A stretch of DNA of 64,000 nucleotides from contig JAGOBA010000006.1 in assembly GCA_017983635.1 (NCBI GenBank), positions 60,478 to 124,477 of the forward strand, given 5' to 3'. The notes under the pieces are model-generated. The model did not search any database. It was given only the letters and a program-made list of their open reading frames with translations, and had not been told where the DNA came from. The stretch is from Alphaproteobacteria bacterium (lineage in GTDB: Bacteria > Pseudomonadota > Alphaproteobacteria > Micropepsales > Micropepsaceae). The position numbers were made by a program, and so were the translations under genes. Shown piece after piece: positions 51,532 to 60,491 of the stretch; the stretch's first letter is position 1; each line of letters starts with the position of its first letter.

Positions 51532-52326
51532 ATGCGCCAGTATCACGATCTGATGGAGCATGTGCTGCGTCACGGCGTGAGGAAACACGACCGCACGGGG
51601 ACGGGAACACTCTCGATCTTCGGGCATCAGATGCGCTTCAACCTGGATGACGGGTTTCCGTTGCTGACGACGAAGAAGCTGCATCTGAAGTCGATCGTGC
51701 ATGAGCTGCTTTGGTTTCTGAACGGCGACACCAACGTGCGCTATCTGCAGGAGAACGGCGTTCGGATCTGGGATGAGTGGGCGGACAAGAACGGCGATCT
51801 GGGGCCGGTCTATGGCGCGCAGTGGCGGTCGTGGCCGGCGCGCGACGGCAGCACGATCGATCAGATTTCGAAACTGATCGAGCAGATCAAGAAGAACCCT
51901 GACTCGCGGCGGCTGATTGTGACCGCGTGGAACCCAGCCGACGTCGATCGGATGGCGCTGCCGCCGTGTCATTGCCTGTTCCAGTTCTATGTCGCGAACG
52001 GGCGGATCTCGTGTCAGCTCTACCAGCGTTCGGCGGACATTTTCTTGGGCGTGCCGTTCAACATCGCGTCGTACGCGCTGCTGCTCATGATGGTGGCGCA
52101 GGTGACGGGGTTGAAGGCCGGGGAGTTTATCCACTCGTTCGGCGACGCGCATCTGTACCTGAACCATATCGAGCAGGCCGAACTGCAGCTGACGCGCGCG
52201 CCTTTTGCTCTGCCGCGGATGCAGATCAATCCGGCCGTGAAGGATATTTTCGGCTTCAAGTACGACGAGTTTAAGTTTGAAGGGTATCAGGCGCATCCGC
52301 ACATCGCGGCGCCGGTGGCGGTGTGA
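51532..52326 (+). CDS. thyA: thymidylate synthase
   Basis: [12 protein letters not shown]...DRTGTGT and [22 protein letters not shown] active-site Cys context. Start at ATG 51532 after SD GAGGG. Confidence 0.96.
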   Translation: MRQYHDLMEHVLRHGVRKHDRTGTGTLSIFGHQMRFNLDDGFPLLTTKKLHLKSIVHELLWFLNGDTNVRYLQENGVRIWDEWADKNGDLGPVYGAQWRSWPARDGSTIDQISKLIEQIKKNPDSRRLIVTAWNPADVDRMALPPCHCLFQFYVANGRISCQLYQRSADIFLGVPFNIASYALLLMMVAQVTGLKAGEFIHSFGDAHLYLNHIEQAELQLTRAPFALPRMQINPAVKDIFGFKYDEFKFEGYQAHPHIAAPVAV

Positions 52327-52355
52327 GCGACGTTCAGACTCGGTTGAAGCCCAGC

Positions 52356-52483
52356 GCTTCCCCCCTTGAGGGGGAAGCTGGCGCGCCGAAGGCGCGACTG
52401 ATGGGGGGCATTCGTGCGCTGACTGCCCCCATCCGTCTCGCCGCTGCGCGGCGACCCACCTTCCCTCTCAAGGGGGGAAGGGC
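52356..52483. repeat. REP-like intergenic element, copy B
   Basis: Same five-hairpin architecture and shared sequence blocks as 12379-12514. Stems are GCTTCCCCC/GGGGGAAGC, GGCGCGCC/GGCGCG, GATGGGGGGCA/TGCCCCCATC, TCGCCGC/GCGGCGA, CCTTCCC/GGGAAGG. Confidence 0.85.
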
Positions 52484-52506
52484 TTTCTGTCGGGCGGATC
52501 TGGTCG

Positions 52507-52983
52507 ATGACTGAGATTCGTGCGGCACAGCCCGGTGATGCACCGCTCGTCTTCTCCTTCATTCGTGACCTCGCCGAATACGAGAAGCTTCTCGACGATG
52601 TGGTCGCGACGACTGCCGATATCGAGCGGGCGCTGTTTGGTGCGAACCCGCGGGTGTTTTGCGATATTGCGGCGTGGGATGGGGCGCCGGCCGGATTTGC
52701 GCTTTGGTTCTACAATTTCTCGACGTTTCGCGGGCGGCACGGGATTTATCTCGAAGATTTGTTCGTGCGGCCTGCGTTTCGCGGCAAGGGGTTGGGCAAG
52801 GCGTTGCTGCAACATCTGGCGAAGCGGGCGGTGGCCGAGGGTTGCGCGCGGGTCGAGTGGTCGGTGCTCGACTGGAACGAACCATCGATCAAGTTTTATG
52901 AGTCGCTGGGGGCCATTCCGATGGAAGAGTGGACCGTCTTCCGCCTGACGGGCGATGCCTTGAAGAAGTTGGGTGCGTCATGA
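52507..52983 (+). CDS. GNAT-family N-acetyltransferase
   Basis: Acetyl-CoA binding motif RGKGLGKALL; 158 aa. Its stop overlaps the folA start (ATGA). Confidence 0.85.
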   Translation: MTEIRAAQPGDAPLVFSFIRDLAEYEKLLDDVVATTADIERALFGANPRVFCDIAAWDGAPAGFALWFYNFSTFRGRHGIYLEDLFVRPAFRGKGLGKALLQHLAKRAVAEGCARVEWSVLDWNEPSIKFYESLGAIPMEEWTVFRLTGDALKKLGAS

Positions 52984-53486
52984 GGGAGCCGATCATCGCG
53001 TTGATCGTGGCTGTCGCCGAGAACGGCGTGATCGGACGCGACGGCAAGCTGCCATGGCGCATTCCTGAAGACATGAAGTGGTTCCGCGAGCGGACGGCCG
53101 GGCGGCCGCTGATCATGGGGCGCAAGACTTGGGAGAGCTTTCCGAAGCGGCCGTTACCGGGGCGGACGAACATCGTGATCACGCGTGACGGCACCTATCG
53201 CGCGGAAGGTGCGGTCGTGGTGATGTCGTTTGACGCTGCGCTGGCGGTGGCTTGCGGCGAGGAACCAGAGGAGATCATGGTGATCGGCGGGGCGGAGATC
53301 TACCGGGCTGCGTTGCCCAAGGCTCGTCGGATCTATCTGACCAGCGTACACGGCGAAATTGTCGGCGACACGGTCTTCCCCGCGATCGTGCGTGCGGGTT
53401 GGGACGAGACGATCGTCGGCGTTTATCCCTCGTCAGCGGAGCGGCCGATCGGCTACAGTTTCATTATCTTAGACAAACGCGTGTGA
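52980..53486 (+). CDS. folA: dihydrofolate reductase
   Basis: IALIVAVAENGVIGRDGKLPW, GRKTWESFP and LTSVHGEI(V)GDTVFP motifs. Start at ATG 52980. Confidence 0.94.
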   Translation: MREPIIALIVAVAENGVIGRDGKLPWRIPEDMKWFRERTAGRPLIMGRKTWESFPKRPLPGRTNIVITRDGTYRAEGAVVVMSFDAALAVACGEEPEEIMVIGGAEIYRAALPKARRIYLTSVHGEIVGDTVFPAIVRAGWDETIVGVYPSSAERPIGYSFIILDKRV

Positions 53487-53493
53487 GGCCATC

Positions 53494-54408
53494 ATGTCCG
53501 TCCGTGAAATCGCCAGTGGTTTGAAGTTCCCCGAGGGTCCGATCGCGATGCCGGACGGCAGCGTGATCTTGGTCGAAATCGCGCGCGGGACGCTGACGCG
53601 GGTTTGGAACGGCAAGAGCGAAGTGATTGCGACGCTGGGCGGTGGGCCGAACGGTGCGGCGCTCGGGCCCGACGGCGCGGTCTATGTCACGAACAACGGC
53701 GGTTTCGAGTGGCACGATCGCGGCGGGCTGTTGTTCCCGGGCGACCGGCCGCACGATTATGAGACCGGGCGGATCGAGCGCATCGATCTGAAGACGGGCA
53801 AGGTCGAGCGATTGTATGAGAAGTGCAACGGCTTGCGGCTGAACGGGCCGAACGATCTCGTGTTCGACAAACAGGGCGGCTTCTACTTCACGGATCTCGG
53901 CAAGGGTTATGGGCGGCTGCACGATCGCGGGGCGATCTACTATGCGACGCCGGACGGGAAGAAAATCAAGGAACTGGTGTTTCCGATCGATATGCCGAAT
54001 GGCTGCGGTTTGTCGCCTGACGAGAAGACGCTCTATGCGGCGCAGACGATGGTCGGGCGCTTGATGAAGTTCACGATCACGGCACCTGGCGAAGTGGCGC
54101 CGCCGGCGGGACCGCTGCACGGCGATCTGGTGTGCGGGCTGGCGGGCTTGCAGCTGTTCGACTCGCTGGCCGTCGAAGCGAACGGGCGCGTGTGCGTGGC
54201 GACGATCGGTTTTCCGACCGGCGGGATCACATCGATTGCGCCGGATGGCACTTACGAGCAGACGTCGTTTGCCGATCCTCTGGTGACCAATATCTGCTTC
54301 GGCGGCAAAGACATGAAGACTGCCTATGTGTGCTTGTCGTCGACGGGTAAGCTCGTCGAGACGCAATGGGCGCGGCCGGGATTGAAGCTGAATTTCTCGG
54401 GATGGTGA
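53494..54408 (+). CDS. SMP-30/gluconolactonase/LRE-family beta-propeller protein
   Basis: FPEGPIAMPDGSV, GGPNGAALGPDG and NGPNDLVFD repeats typical of the family. Confidence 0.82.
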   Translation: MSVREIASGLKFPEGPIAMPDGSVILVEIARGTLTRVWNGKSEVIATLGGGPNGAALGPDGAVYVTNNGGFEWHDRGGLLFPGDRPHDYETGRIERIDLKTGKVERLYEKCNGLRLNGPNDLVFDKQGGFYFTDLGKGYGRLHDRGAIYYATPDGKKIKELVFPIDMPNGCGLSPDEKTLYAAQTMVGRLMKFTITAPGEVAPPAGPLHGDLVCGLAGLQLFDSLAVEANGRVCVATIGFPTGGITSIAPDGTYEQTSFADPLVTNICFGGKDMKTAYVCLSSTGKLVETQWARPGLKLNFSGW

Positions 54409-54779
54409 GCGAGGTTCACACGGGTGGGTGCTTGTGCGGGGCCGTACGCTTTGAAGCGCGCGGTCCGGCGAAGTGGACCGCATACTGTCACTGTCATTCG
54501 TGCCGGAAGCACACTGGCGCGCCCGTTTCCGCGTTTGCGGGGTTTGAGAGGACGCAGGTTTCGTTCACGAAGGGACAGCTTGCGACCTTCGCATCGTCGC
54601 CTGGCGTCAAGCGCGGCTTCTGCCCGTTGTGCGGATCGACACTGACGTACGAAGGCGATCGCTGGCCGAGTGAGATGCATTTCCACGTTGGTGCGTTCGA
54701 TATGCCGCAGGATTTCGCGCCGACGGGGCACGCGTTTCCCGAGGAACGGATTGCCTGGCTCCACATTACGGAAATTTAG
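54402..54779 (+). CDS. GFA (glutathione-dependent formaldehyde-activating / CENP-V) family protein
   Basis: Cys-rich zinc motif GGCLCGAVRF...CHCHSCRKHTGAP...FCPLCGS. ATG 54402 overlaps the upstream stop. Confidence 0.85.
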   Translation: MVSEVHTGGCLCGAVRFEARGPAKWTAYCHCHSCRKHTGAPVSAFAGFERTQVSFTKGQLATFASSPGVKRGFCPLCGSTLTYEGDRWPSEMHFHVGAFDMPQDFAPTGHAFPEERIAWLHITEI

Positions 54780-54892
54780 TGCGGTGCAGCACGCGTGACG
54801 CGTGTGCGGGCTTGAACACACGCGGTTCGCACTCTACATCGGCGCCGTCCGACTACGGACTTGCTTCTCAGAAACAGTAAGGGATGACAGTC

Positions 54893-55255
54893 ATGAAACG
54901 CATTCTCTTGGGTGTTGCCGCCATCGCGCTCAGCGCGTCGCTCGCGATCGCAGCCGACGACCCGATGCAGACCCGCTACGACAACACCGTCACCGTGACC
55001 GATGCAAAGGGCGGCGTGACGAAGCTGCACTACAACAAGGACGGCACGCTCGGCGTCGTGCTGCCGGACGGCACGAAGTCGACCGGCAAGTGGGCGATCA
55101 AGGAAGGCAAGCTCTGCGTGACGCCGGACGCTGGTCCGATGGCGGGCAAAGAGCAGTGCAATCCGTTCGACGGCACGAAGAAGGTCGGCGACAGCTGGGA
55201 AATCCCGGCCGCTGACGGCACGAAGTCGAAGGTCGCGATCGTCGCCGGCCGGTAG
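54893..55255 (+). CDS. small secreted/periplasmic protein, function unknown
   Basis: Signal peptide MKRILLGVAAIALSASLAIA, with SD AAGGGA 8 nt upstream of ATG 54893. Followed by a strong terminator. Confidence 0.7.
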   Translation: MKRILLGVAAIALSASLAIAADDPMQTRYDNTVTVTDAKGGVTKLHYNKDGTLGVVLPDGTKSTGKWAIKEGKLCVTPDAGPMAGKEQCNPFDGTKKVGDSWEIPAADGTKSKVAIVAGR

Positions 55256-55276
55256 TCTTCGGTTGGTTTGAGATGG

Positions 55277-55306
55277 GGCCGGTGCGTTCTCGCGCCGGCC
55301 TTTTTT
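55277..55306 (+). terminator. rho-independent terminator
   Basis: GGCCGGUGCG-UUCU-CGCGCCGGCC stem-loop (10 bp, one G-U pair) followed by UUUUUU. Confidence 0.85.
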
Positions 55307-55315
55307 GTGGCGGCG

Positions 55316-55558
55316 AGAGAAGAAGAAGTTCCACCACAAAGGCTCAAAGGCTCACAAAGAAAGAAATTCCACACAATGAAACAATGACACAATGGGTGGC
55401 CGCCCTTCGGCGCGAAGCGCTATTCGGACTCTGACAGCGCGCTGACGCGCGCGATTTGAGTTCATTGTGTCATTGTTTCATCGTGTGAAAAAATTCTTCT
55501 TCGTGAGCCTTTGAGTGCCTTTGAGCCGTTGTGGTGAGAACCTTCCTTCCTTCTTCTC
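55316..55558. repeat. long imperfect inverted repeat, AT-rich arms with a GC-rich centre (MITE-like or structured RNA)
   Basis: Left arm 55316-55394 (…CCACAAAGGCTCAAAGGCTCACAAAGAAAGAAATTCCACACAATGAAACAATGACACAATG) pairs with right arm 55463-55558 (CATTGTGTCATTGTTTCATCGTGTG…GTGAGCCTTTGAGTGCCTTTGAGCCGTTGTGG…). The right arm carries one extra GCCTTTGAG unit. The central segment is about 68 nt and GC-rich. Confidence 0.8.
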
Positions 55559-56696
55559 ACTCCATCGTGATGCGCGGGGCGGGGCGGTTGTCGCCGGCGT
55601 CGAGTTTGGCGGCGACGCGCTCTGCCAATTGAAGGAAGGCTTGCGCTTGCGGGCTGTTGGGGTCGCTTGCGGTGATCGGCGTGCCGCCGTCGGAGGTTTC
55701 GCGGATCGCTATGTGCAGCGGGATCTCGCCCAAGAAATCCGCGCCGAGCTTTGTTGCGGTTTCGCGGGCGCCGCCGTGGCCGAAGATGTGGCTCTCGTGG
55801 CCGCAGTTCGGGCAGACGAATGTGCTCATGTTCTCGACGATACCGAAGACGGGAACATGCGTCTTTTTGAACATCGCCAATCCCTTGCGTGCGTCGATGA
55901 GGGCGATGTCTTGCGGTGTGGAGACGATGATTGCGCCGGCGAGGGGGACACGTTGGGCGAGCGTCAACTGCGCGTCGCCGGTGCCTGGCGGCATATCGAC
56001 GACGAGGACATCCAGCGGGGCCCATTCGACGTCGTAGATGAGCTGCGTCAGCGCGGTCATCACCATCGGCCCACGCCAGATCATCGGTTGATCTTCGTCG
56101 ATGAGGGAGCCGATCGAGATCGCTTTCAGGCCCCAAGCGTTCATTGGCTGAAGCTTTTTGCCGTCCTTGGACGTGGGTTTGCCGGTGAGCCCCAGCATGC
56201 GCGGGATCGAGGGGCCGTAGATGTCGGCGTCGAGGAGGCCGACGGTCCGGCCGAGCTTTGTCAGGGCGATCGCCAGATTGACTGCAACCGTTGACTTACC
56301 GACGCCGCCCTTGCCGCTGGCGACGGCGATGACGGCTTTGACGCCGGGCGGACCCTGGCGTTCGGCGGCGCCGGCGCGCGGGGCGGCCTCAGCTTGCATA
56401 TGGCTGTTGAGTGCGGCGCGGCGCGGCGGCGGGGTGGCAGCCTTGTGCGCGGTCAAAACCGCGGTCACGGAGCGTGCGCCGCTGAGTGCCAAAACGGCCC
56501 TTTCCGCTGCGAGACGCAGCGGTTCTTTGGTGCGGCCATCCTCCGGTGCAACCTCAAGTGCGAAGGACACGTGGCCGTCCTTCACGAGCAGTCCTTGGAC
56601 CATTCCCAGGGACACAACGTCGGTATTTTTTACCGGATCGACGACCGACTTAAGTGCGGTCAAGACGTCCTCCGGCGTGAGGTTCGGCATCTCCAA
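55557..56696 (-). CDS. apbC: Fe-S cluster carrier ATPase Mrp/ApbC (NBP35 family)
   Basis: N-terminal DUF59-like domain, deviant Walker A VASGKGGVGKST and CPNCGHES motif. Confidence 0.92.
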   Translation of the reverse strand: MEMPNLTPEDVLTALKSVVDPVKNTDVVSLGMVQGLLVKDGHVSFALEVAPEDGRTKEPLRLAAERAVLALSGARSVTAVLTAHKAATPPPRRAALNSHMQAEAAPRAGAAERQGPPGVKAVIAVASGKGGVGKSTVAVNLAIALTKLGRTVGLLDADIYGPSIPRMLGLTGKPTSKDGKKLQPMNAWGLKAISIGSLIDEDQPMIWRGPMVMTALTQLIYDVEWAPLDVLVVDMPPGTGDAQLTLAQRVPLAGAIIVSTPQDIALIDARKGLAMFKKTHVPVFGIVENMSTFVCPNCGHESHIFGHGGARETATKLGADFLGEIPLHIAIRETSDGGTPITASDPNSPQAQAFLQLAERVAAKLDAGDNRPAPRITME

Positions 56697-56955
56697 AATC
56701 TCTAGTTATTTGGCGCCCTTGACGCGGGTTTCGGGTGCTCCACATAGCAGACCGAACGGTGATCTCAAGCTGGGATACGTCAGCGCATTGCGCCGGCAGG
56801 CGTTAGGAACTTATAAACCGGCCCTAACGGTACATCCAATGTGGTTTGTGTCGCGTGATTCGTTGAGGATGTAACCGGTGTGCCGGGGCTTCGGGCCGAC
56901 CTTCGTCGGTGCCTCTTTCCGCCCCATCCCGGCTTAGTTGAGTTGAGAGGACGAG

Positions 56956-58095
56956 ATGCCCTGGAACGATAACAAAGGGGGCGGCGGTGGCTGGGGCCCC
57001 GGCGGCGGCGGACGCGGACCATGGGGGCAAGGGCCCTCGAACGGTGGCGGCGGGCGCGGTCAGGGCCCAAACATTCGCCCGCCCGATCTTGACGAAGTGT
57101 TCAAGCGCGCGCGCGATTGGCTGCGCCGGATGTTCCCGAACCAGCCGCCGGGCGGGATCGTGTTCTTCGGCGGCGCTGCGATTGCGCTGGCGCTTTGGCT
57201 CTTCACCGGCGTCTACATCGTTCAGCCGGCGGAGCAGGGCATCGTGCTGCGCTTCGGCGGTTACGTCGACAAGCTTGGACCGGGCTTGCACATTCGTCTG
57301 CCCTATCCGATCGAAACCGTCTTACGGCCAAACGTCGAGCAGGAGAACCAAGTCAATGTCGGCTTCCGGATCGACGCGGAGTCGGCGCGCGACGACAACA
57401 TCGATGTTCCGATCGAGAGCATGATGCTGACCGGCGACGAAAACGTCGTCGACATCGACTTCGTCGTGTTTTGGAAGGTGGCCGAGGCGGAGAACTTCTT
57501 GTTCCAAGTCGCCGAGGTGGACGAGACGATTAAGGCGGTCGCCGAAAGCGCTATGCGCGAGGCGGTCGGTCAGGCGAAAATCGATTCAATACAGACCGAA
57601 GGCCGTGCCGAAGCGCAGGACAAAGTCCGCAAGCTGATGCAGGGGACGCTCGATTCCTACAAAGCGGGTGTCACGATCACGCGCATTCTGCTGCGCAAAG
57701 TCGATCCGCCGAGCCAGGTCATCGATGCGTTCCGCGACGTGCAAGCGGCGCGCGCTGATCAGGAAAAGAAACGCAACGAAGCGCAGCGTCATGCGAACAC
57801 GATCATTCCGCAAGCTCGAGGCGAAGCGGCGAAAATCGAGCAGGACGCGGAAGCCTACAAGCAACAGATGATTACGGAAGCGCAGGGTGAGGCACAGCGG
57901 TTCCTGTCGATCCTCGACCAGTACAAGAACGCGAAGGAAGTAACGCGGGAGCGCATGTACATCGAGACGATGCAGCGCGTGCTGGGCGGTACGAACAAGA
58001 TCATCATCGAGAACAAGAGTGGCGTCGTGCAGTATTTGCCGCTGCCGGAGCTTCGGCGTACGCAGACGCCGGCCACAACGACCGGGGGGAATTAG
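56956..58095 (+). CDS. hflK: FtsH protease modulator HflK
   Basis: Gly-rich N-terminus, one TM helix, SPFH/band-7 domain. Paired with hflC 3 nt downstream. Confidence 0.9.
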   Translation: MPWNDNKGGGGGWGPGGGGRGPWGQGPSNGGGGRGQGPNIRPPDLDEVFKRARDWLRRMFPNQPPGGIVFFGGAAIALALWLFTGVYIVQPAEQGIVLRFGGYVDKLGPGLHIRLPYPIETVLRPNVEQENQVNVGFRIDAESARDDNIDVPIESMMLTGDENVVDIDFVVFWKVAEAENFLFQVAEVDETIKAVAESAMREAVGQAKIDSIQTEGRAEAQDKVRKLMQGTLDSYKAGVTITRILLRKVDPPSQVIDAFRDVQAARADQEKKRNEAQRHANTIIPQARGEAAKIEQDAEAYKQQMITEAQGEAQRFLSILDQYKNAKEVTRERMYIETMQRVLGGTNKIIIENKSGVVQYLPLPELRRTQTPATTTGGN

Positions 58096-58098
58096 CCC

Positions 58099-58971
58099 AT
58101 GCGCAATGCCAACGGCGTGTTGCTGTTCATCGTTGCGGCGCTTTTGTTCGTCGCGTTCAACAGCGTATTCATCGTGGATCAGCGCGAGCAAGCGTTGATT
58201 ACTCAGTTCGGCGATCCGAAGCGGGTCGTGAACGAGCCTGGCTTGTCGTTCAAGGTGCCGTTCGTTCAGACGGTGACGTTCTTTGACAAGCGCATTCTGG
58301 CACTTGATGCGCCGCCCGAAGAGGTGATCGCGTCGGACAAGCGCCGGATCGTTGTCGATGCGTTTGCGCGCTATCGTATTGCCGATCCGCTACGGTTCTA
58401 TCAATCGGTCCGGACGGAGGCGGTGGCGCGGCAACGCCTGTCGTCGATCTTGAGTTCGAGTCTGCGCGGCGTGTTGGGTCAGAAGTCGTTCGTGGCGCTG
58501 CTGTCGTCGGAGCGCGCGAACATGATGCGGTCGATCCGCGATCAGATTAAGTCGGAATCGCTGGCGTTCGGCATCGATGTGGTCGACGTGCGGATCCGGC
58601 GCGCGGACTTGCCGAAGGAGAACCTGGAAGCGGTGTTTGGCCGGATGCAGACCGAACGGCAACGCGAGGCCGCCGGGTATCGCGCGGCCGGTGACGAAGA
58701 GGCGCAACGCATTCGCTCGACCGCGGACAAGGAAGTCACGATCATCAAAGCGAACGCGACGCGGAAGTCGGAAATTCTTCGCGGTGAAGGCGATGCGGAG
58801 CGCAACCGTGTGCTCGGCGATTCCTATGGCCGCGATCGGGAGTTCTTCGAGTTCTACCGGACGCTCAAGGCCTATGAGCAGTCGATGGGCGGGAACAACA
58901 CGACGATGGTAATCTCGCCCGAAAGTCCGTTCTTCAAATATTTTCAACGGGGCCAAGGCGCCGGCCGCTGA
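58099..58971 (+). CDS. hflC: FtsH protease modulator HflC
   Basis: N-terminal TM and SPFH domain (FIVDQREQALITQFG...); canonical hflKC pair. Confidence 0.9.
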   Translation: MRNANGVLLFIVAALLFVAFNSVFIVDQREQALITQFGDPKRVVNEPGLSFKVPFVQTVTFFDKRILALDAPPEEVIASDKRRIVVDAFARYRIADPLRFYQSVRTEAVARQRLSSILSSSLRGVLGQKSFVALLSSERANMMRSIRDQIKSESLAFGIDVVDVRIRRADLPKENLEAVFGRMQTERQREAAGYRAAGDEEAQRIRSTADKEVTIIKANATRKSEILRGEGDAERNRVLGDSYGRDREFFEFYRTLKAYEQSMGGNNTTMVISPESPFFKYFQRGQGAGR

Positions 58972-59002
58972 ACGAACGTTCGTAAACTCATTCTTTACCA
59001 CA

Positions 59003-59040
59003 CGCGGCGCTGATCATGGATCGGCGCCGCGTTTGCGTTT
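59003..59040 (+). terminator. terminator/attenuator-like hairpin between hflC and degP
   Basis: CGCGGCGC / GCGCCGCG 8-bp stem, 13-nt loop, followed by UUUGCGUUU. The loop contains the tracked degP ATG (59016). Confidence 0.45.
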
Positions 59041-60428
59041 CGCGGCTGGCGAAGGGGATTTGCTTGCTGAAATTTGTCGGCGCGGCGGCGTTCGCGATCT
59101 CTGTGGCCGCAGCCCAGGCACGGCCGGCGCCCGAGGGATTCTCCGATCTGGTCGAGAAGCTCTCGCCCTCGGTCGTGAACGTCGCGACCGAGCGGCCTGT
59201 GCAACAGACGGCGCGGGACGCGCGCACGCCGCTGCAGCGGAGCGGCGTCGACAAGGACGCACGATCGCTGGGATCGGGCTTCGTGATCGATCCTTCGGGG
59301 CTGATCGTGACCAACAATCATGTGATCGACGGTGCGAGCGAGATTTACGTTACGCTGCGTGACGGAACGCGGCGTGCGGCGGTGGTGCAAGGGCGCGACA
59401 CCAAGACGGATATCGCGCTGCTCAAGATTGCGACGACCCGGCCGTTGCCGGCGGTGACGTTCGGTGACTCCGATGCGGCCCAGGCCGGCGACTGGGTGCT
59501 CGCGATCGGCAATCCGTTCGGGCTGGGCGGCAGTGTCTCAGCCGGTATCATCAGCGCGCGCAACCGGCAGCTCGATGCGGAGCTCTACGACGATTTTATC
59601 CAGACGGACGCGGCCATCAATCACGGCAATTCGGGCGGCCCGCTGTTCGACATCGACGGCCGGGTGGTGGGCGTGAACTCCGCGATCGTCTCGCCGAGCG
59701 GCGGGTCGATCGGCATCGGGTTTGCGATCCCGTCCAACACGGTGAAGGCTGTGGTCGGCCAGCTGAAGCAGTTTGGACGCGTGCGGCGGGGTTGGATCGG
59801 CGCGAACGTGCAGGATCTGACGCCTGATCTTGCCTCCGGGTTTGGGCTTACCGGCACCAGCGGCGCGCTGGTTGGGCATGTAACGCCGGGCGGGCCAGCC
59901 GCTGTTGCGGGGCTTGCGCCAGGGGATGTGGTGACCCGGATTGACGAGACTGAGGTTGCCGACTCGCGGGCGATGCAGAAGCTGGTGGCGGAAGCAGCGG
60001 CGGGGCGGCAGCTCGGCGTGAACGTCGTGCGGAAGGGCGCGGCGCAGCTTGTGCGCGTTCGCGTGGGGCGGCGGCCGGAGGCGAGCGCGTCCGTCACGAC
60101 TGTGTCGCGTGGCGATGCCGCGAATGCCGGTCTTGGTTTTCGCGTTGCGTCGCCGACGGCGGAGCTGCGGGCGCGGTATGGCGTTGCGCCGGGGCTTGAG
60201 GGCTTGGTCGTGACGGCGGTGGTGCCTGGAACGGCGGCGGCGGAGGTGGGGATTGAGGCCGGCGATATGATCGTTGCGGTCGCTCAGCAGCCCGTGCGGA
60301 CGGTGCCCGACTTGACGGCGCAGGTCGCAGCGGCTGCCGCGGGCGGCCGTGGAGTTGTTCTGGTGACACTGAACCGGGGCGGCGAAGTTTCTTTCCAAGC
60401 CTTGCGTTTGGCCGGTTTGAAGCGTTAG
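59016..60428 (+). CDS. degP: Do/DegP/HtrA-family periplasmic serine endoprotease
   Basis: Catalytic triad contexts NNHVIDGA, TDIALLK and GNSGGPLF, plus two PDZ-like regions. The signal peptide is likely LLKFVGAAAFAISVAAAQA, so the true start may be the TTG near 59061. Confidence 0.9.
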   Translation: MDRRRVCVSRLAKGICLLKFVGAAAFAISVAAAQARPAPEGFSDLVEKLSPSVVNVATERPVQQTARDARTPLQRSGVDKDARSLGSGFVIDPSGLIVTNNHVIDGASEIYVTLRDGTRRAAVVQGRDTKTDIALLKIATTRPLPAVTFGDSDAAQAGDWVLAIGNPFGLGGSVSAGIISARNRQLDAELYDDFIQTDAAINHGNSGGPLFDIDGRVVGVNSAIVSPSGGSIGIGFAIPSNTVKAVVGQLKQFGRVRRGWIGANVQDLTPDLASGFGLTGTSGALVGHVTPGGPAAVAGLAPGDVVTRIDETEVADSRAMQKLVAEAAAGRQLGVNVVRKGAAQLVRVRVGRRPEASASVTTVSRGDAANAGLGFRVASPTAELRARYGVAPGLEGLVVTAVVPGTAAAEVGIEAGDMIVAVAQQPVRTVPDLTAQVAAAAAGGRGVVLVTLNRGGEVSFQALRLAGLKR

Positions 60429-60491
60429 CAAACCGTTAAAGTGGGCTCCGCGCTAGCCCTGCGTTAACGCCGGATCGGCGATAATCTGCAC

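Noticed and set aside
51128-51553. 141-aa plus-strand ORF and 68-aa minus-strand ORF (51176-51382) in the MFS-thyA gap.
   Set aside because: The region is explained by the two-piece tmRNA gene. The minus-strand ORF simply reads through the tag reading frame (…ANDNEMALAA).
56806-56831. ECF/EcfG-type promoter GGAAC-N17-CGGT upstream of hflK.
   Set aside because: The -10 element deviates from the CGTT consensus and it is a single occurrence. It is plausible for an envelope-stress operon, but I cannot support it from sequence alone.
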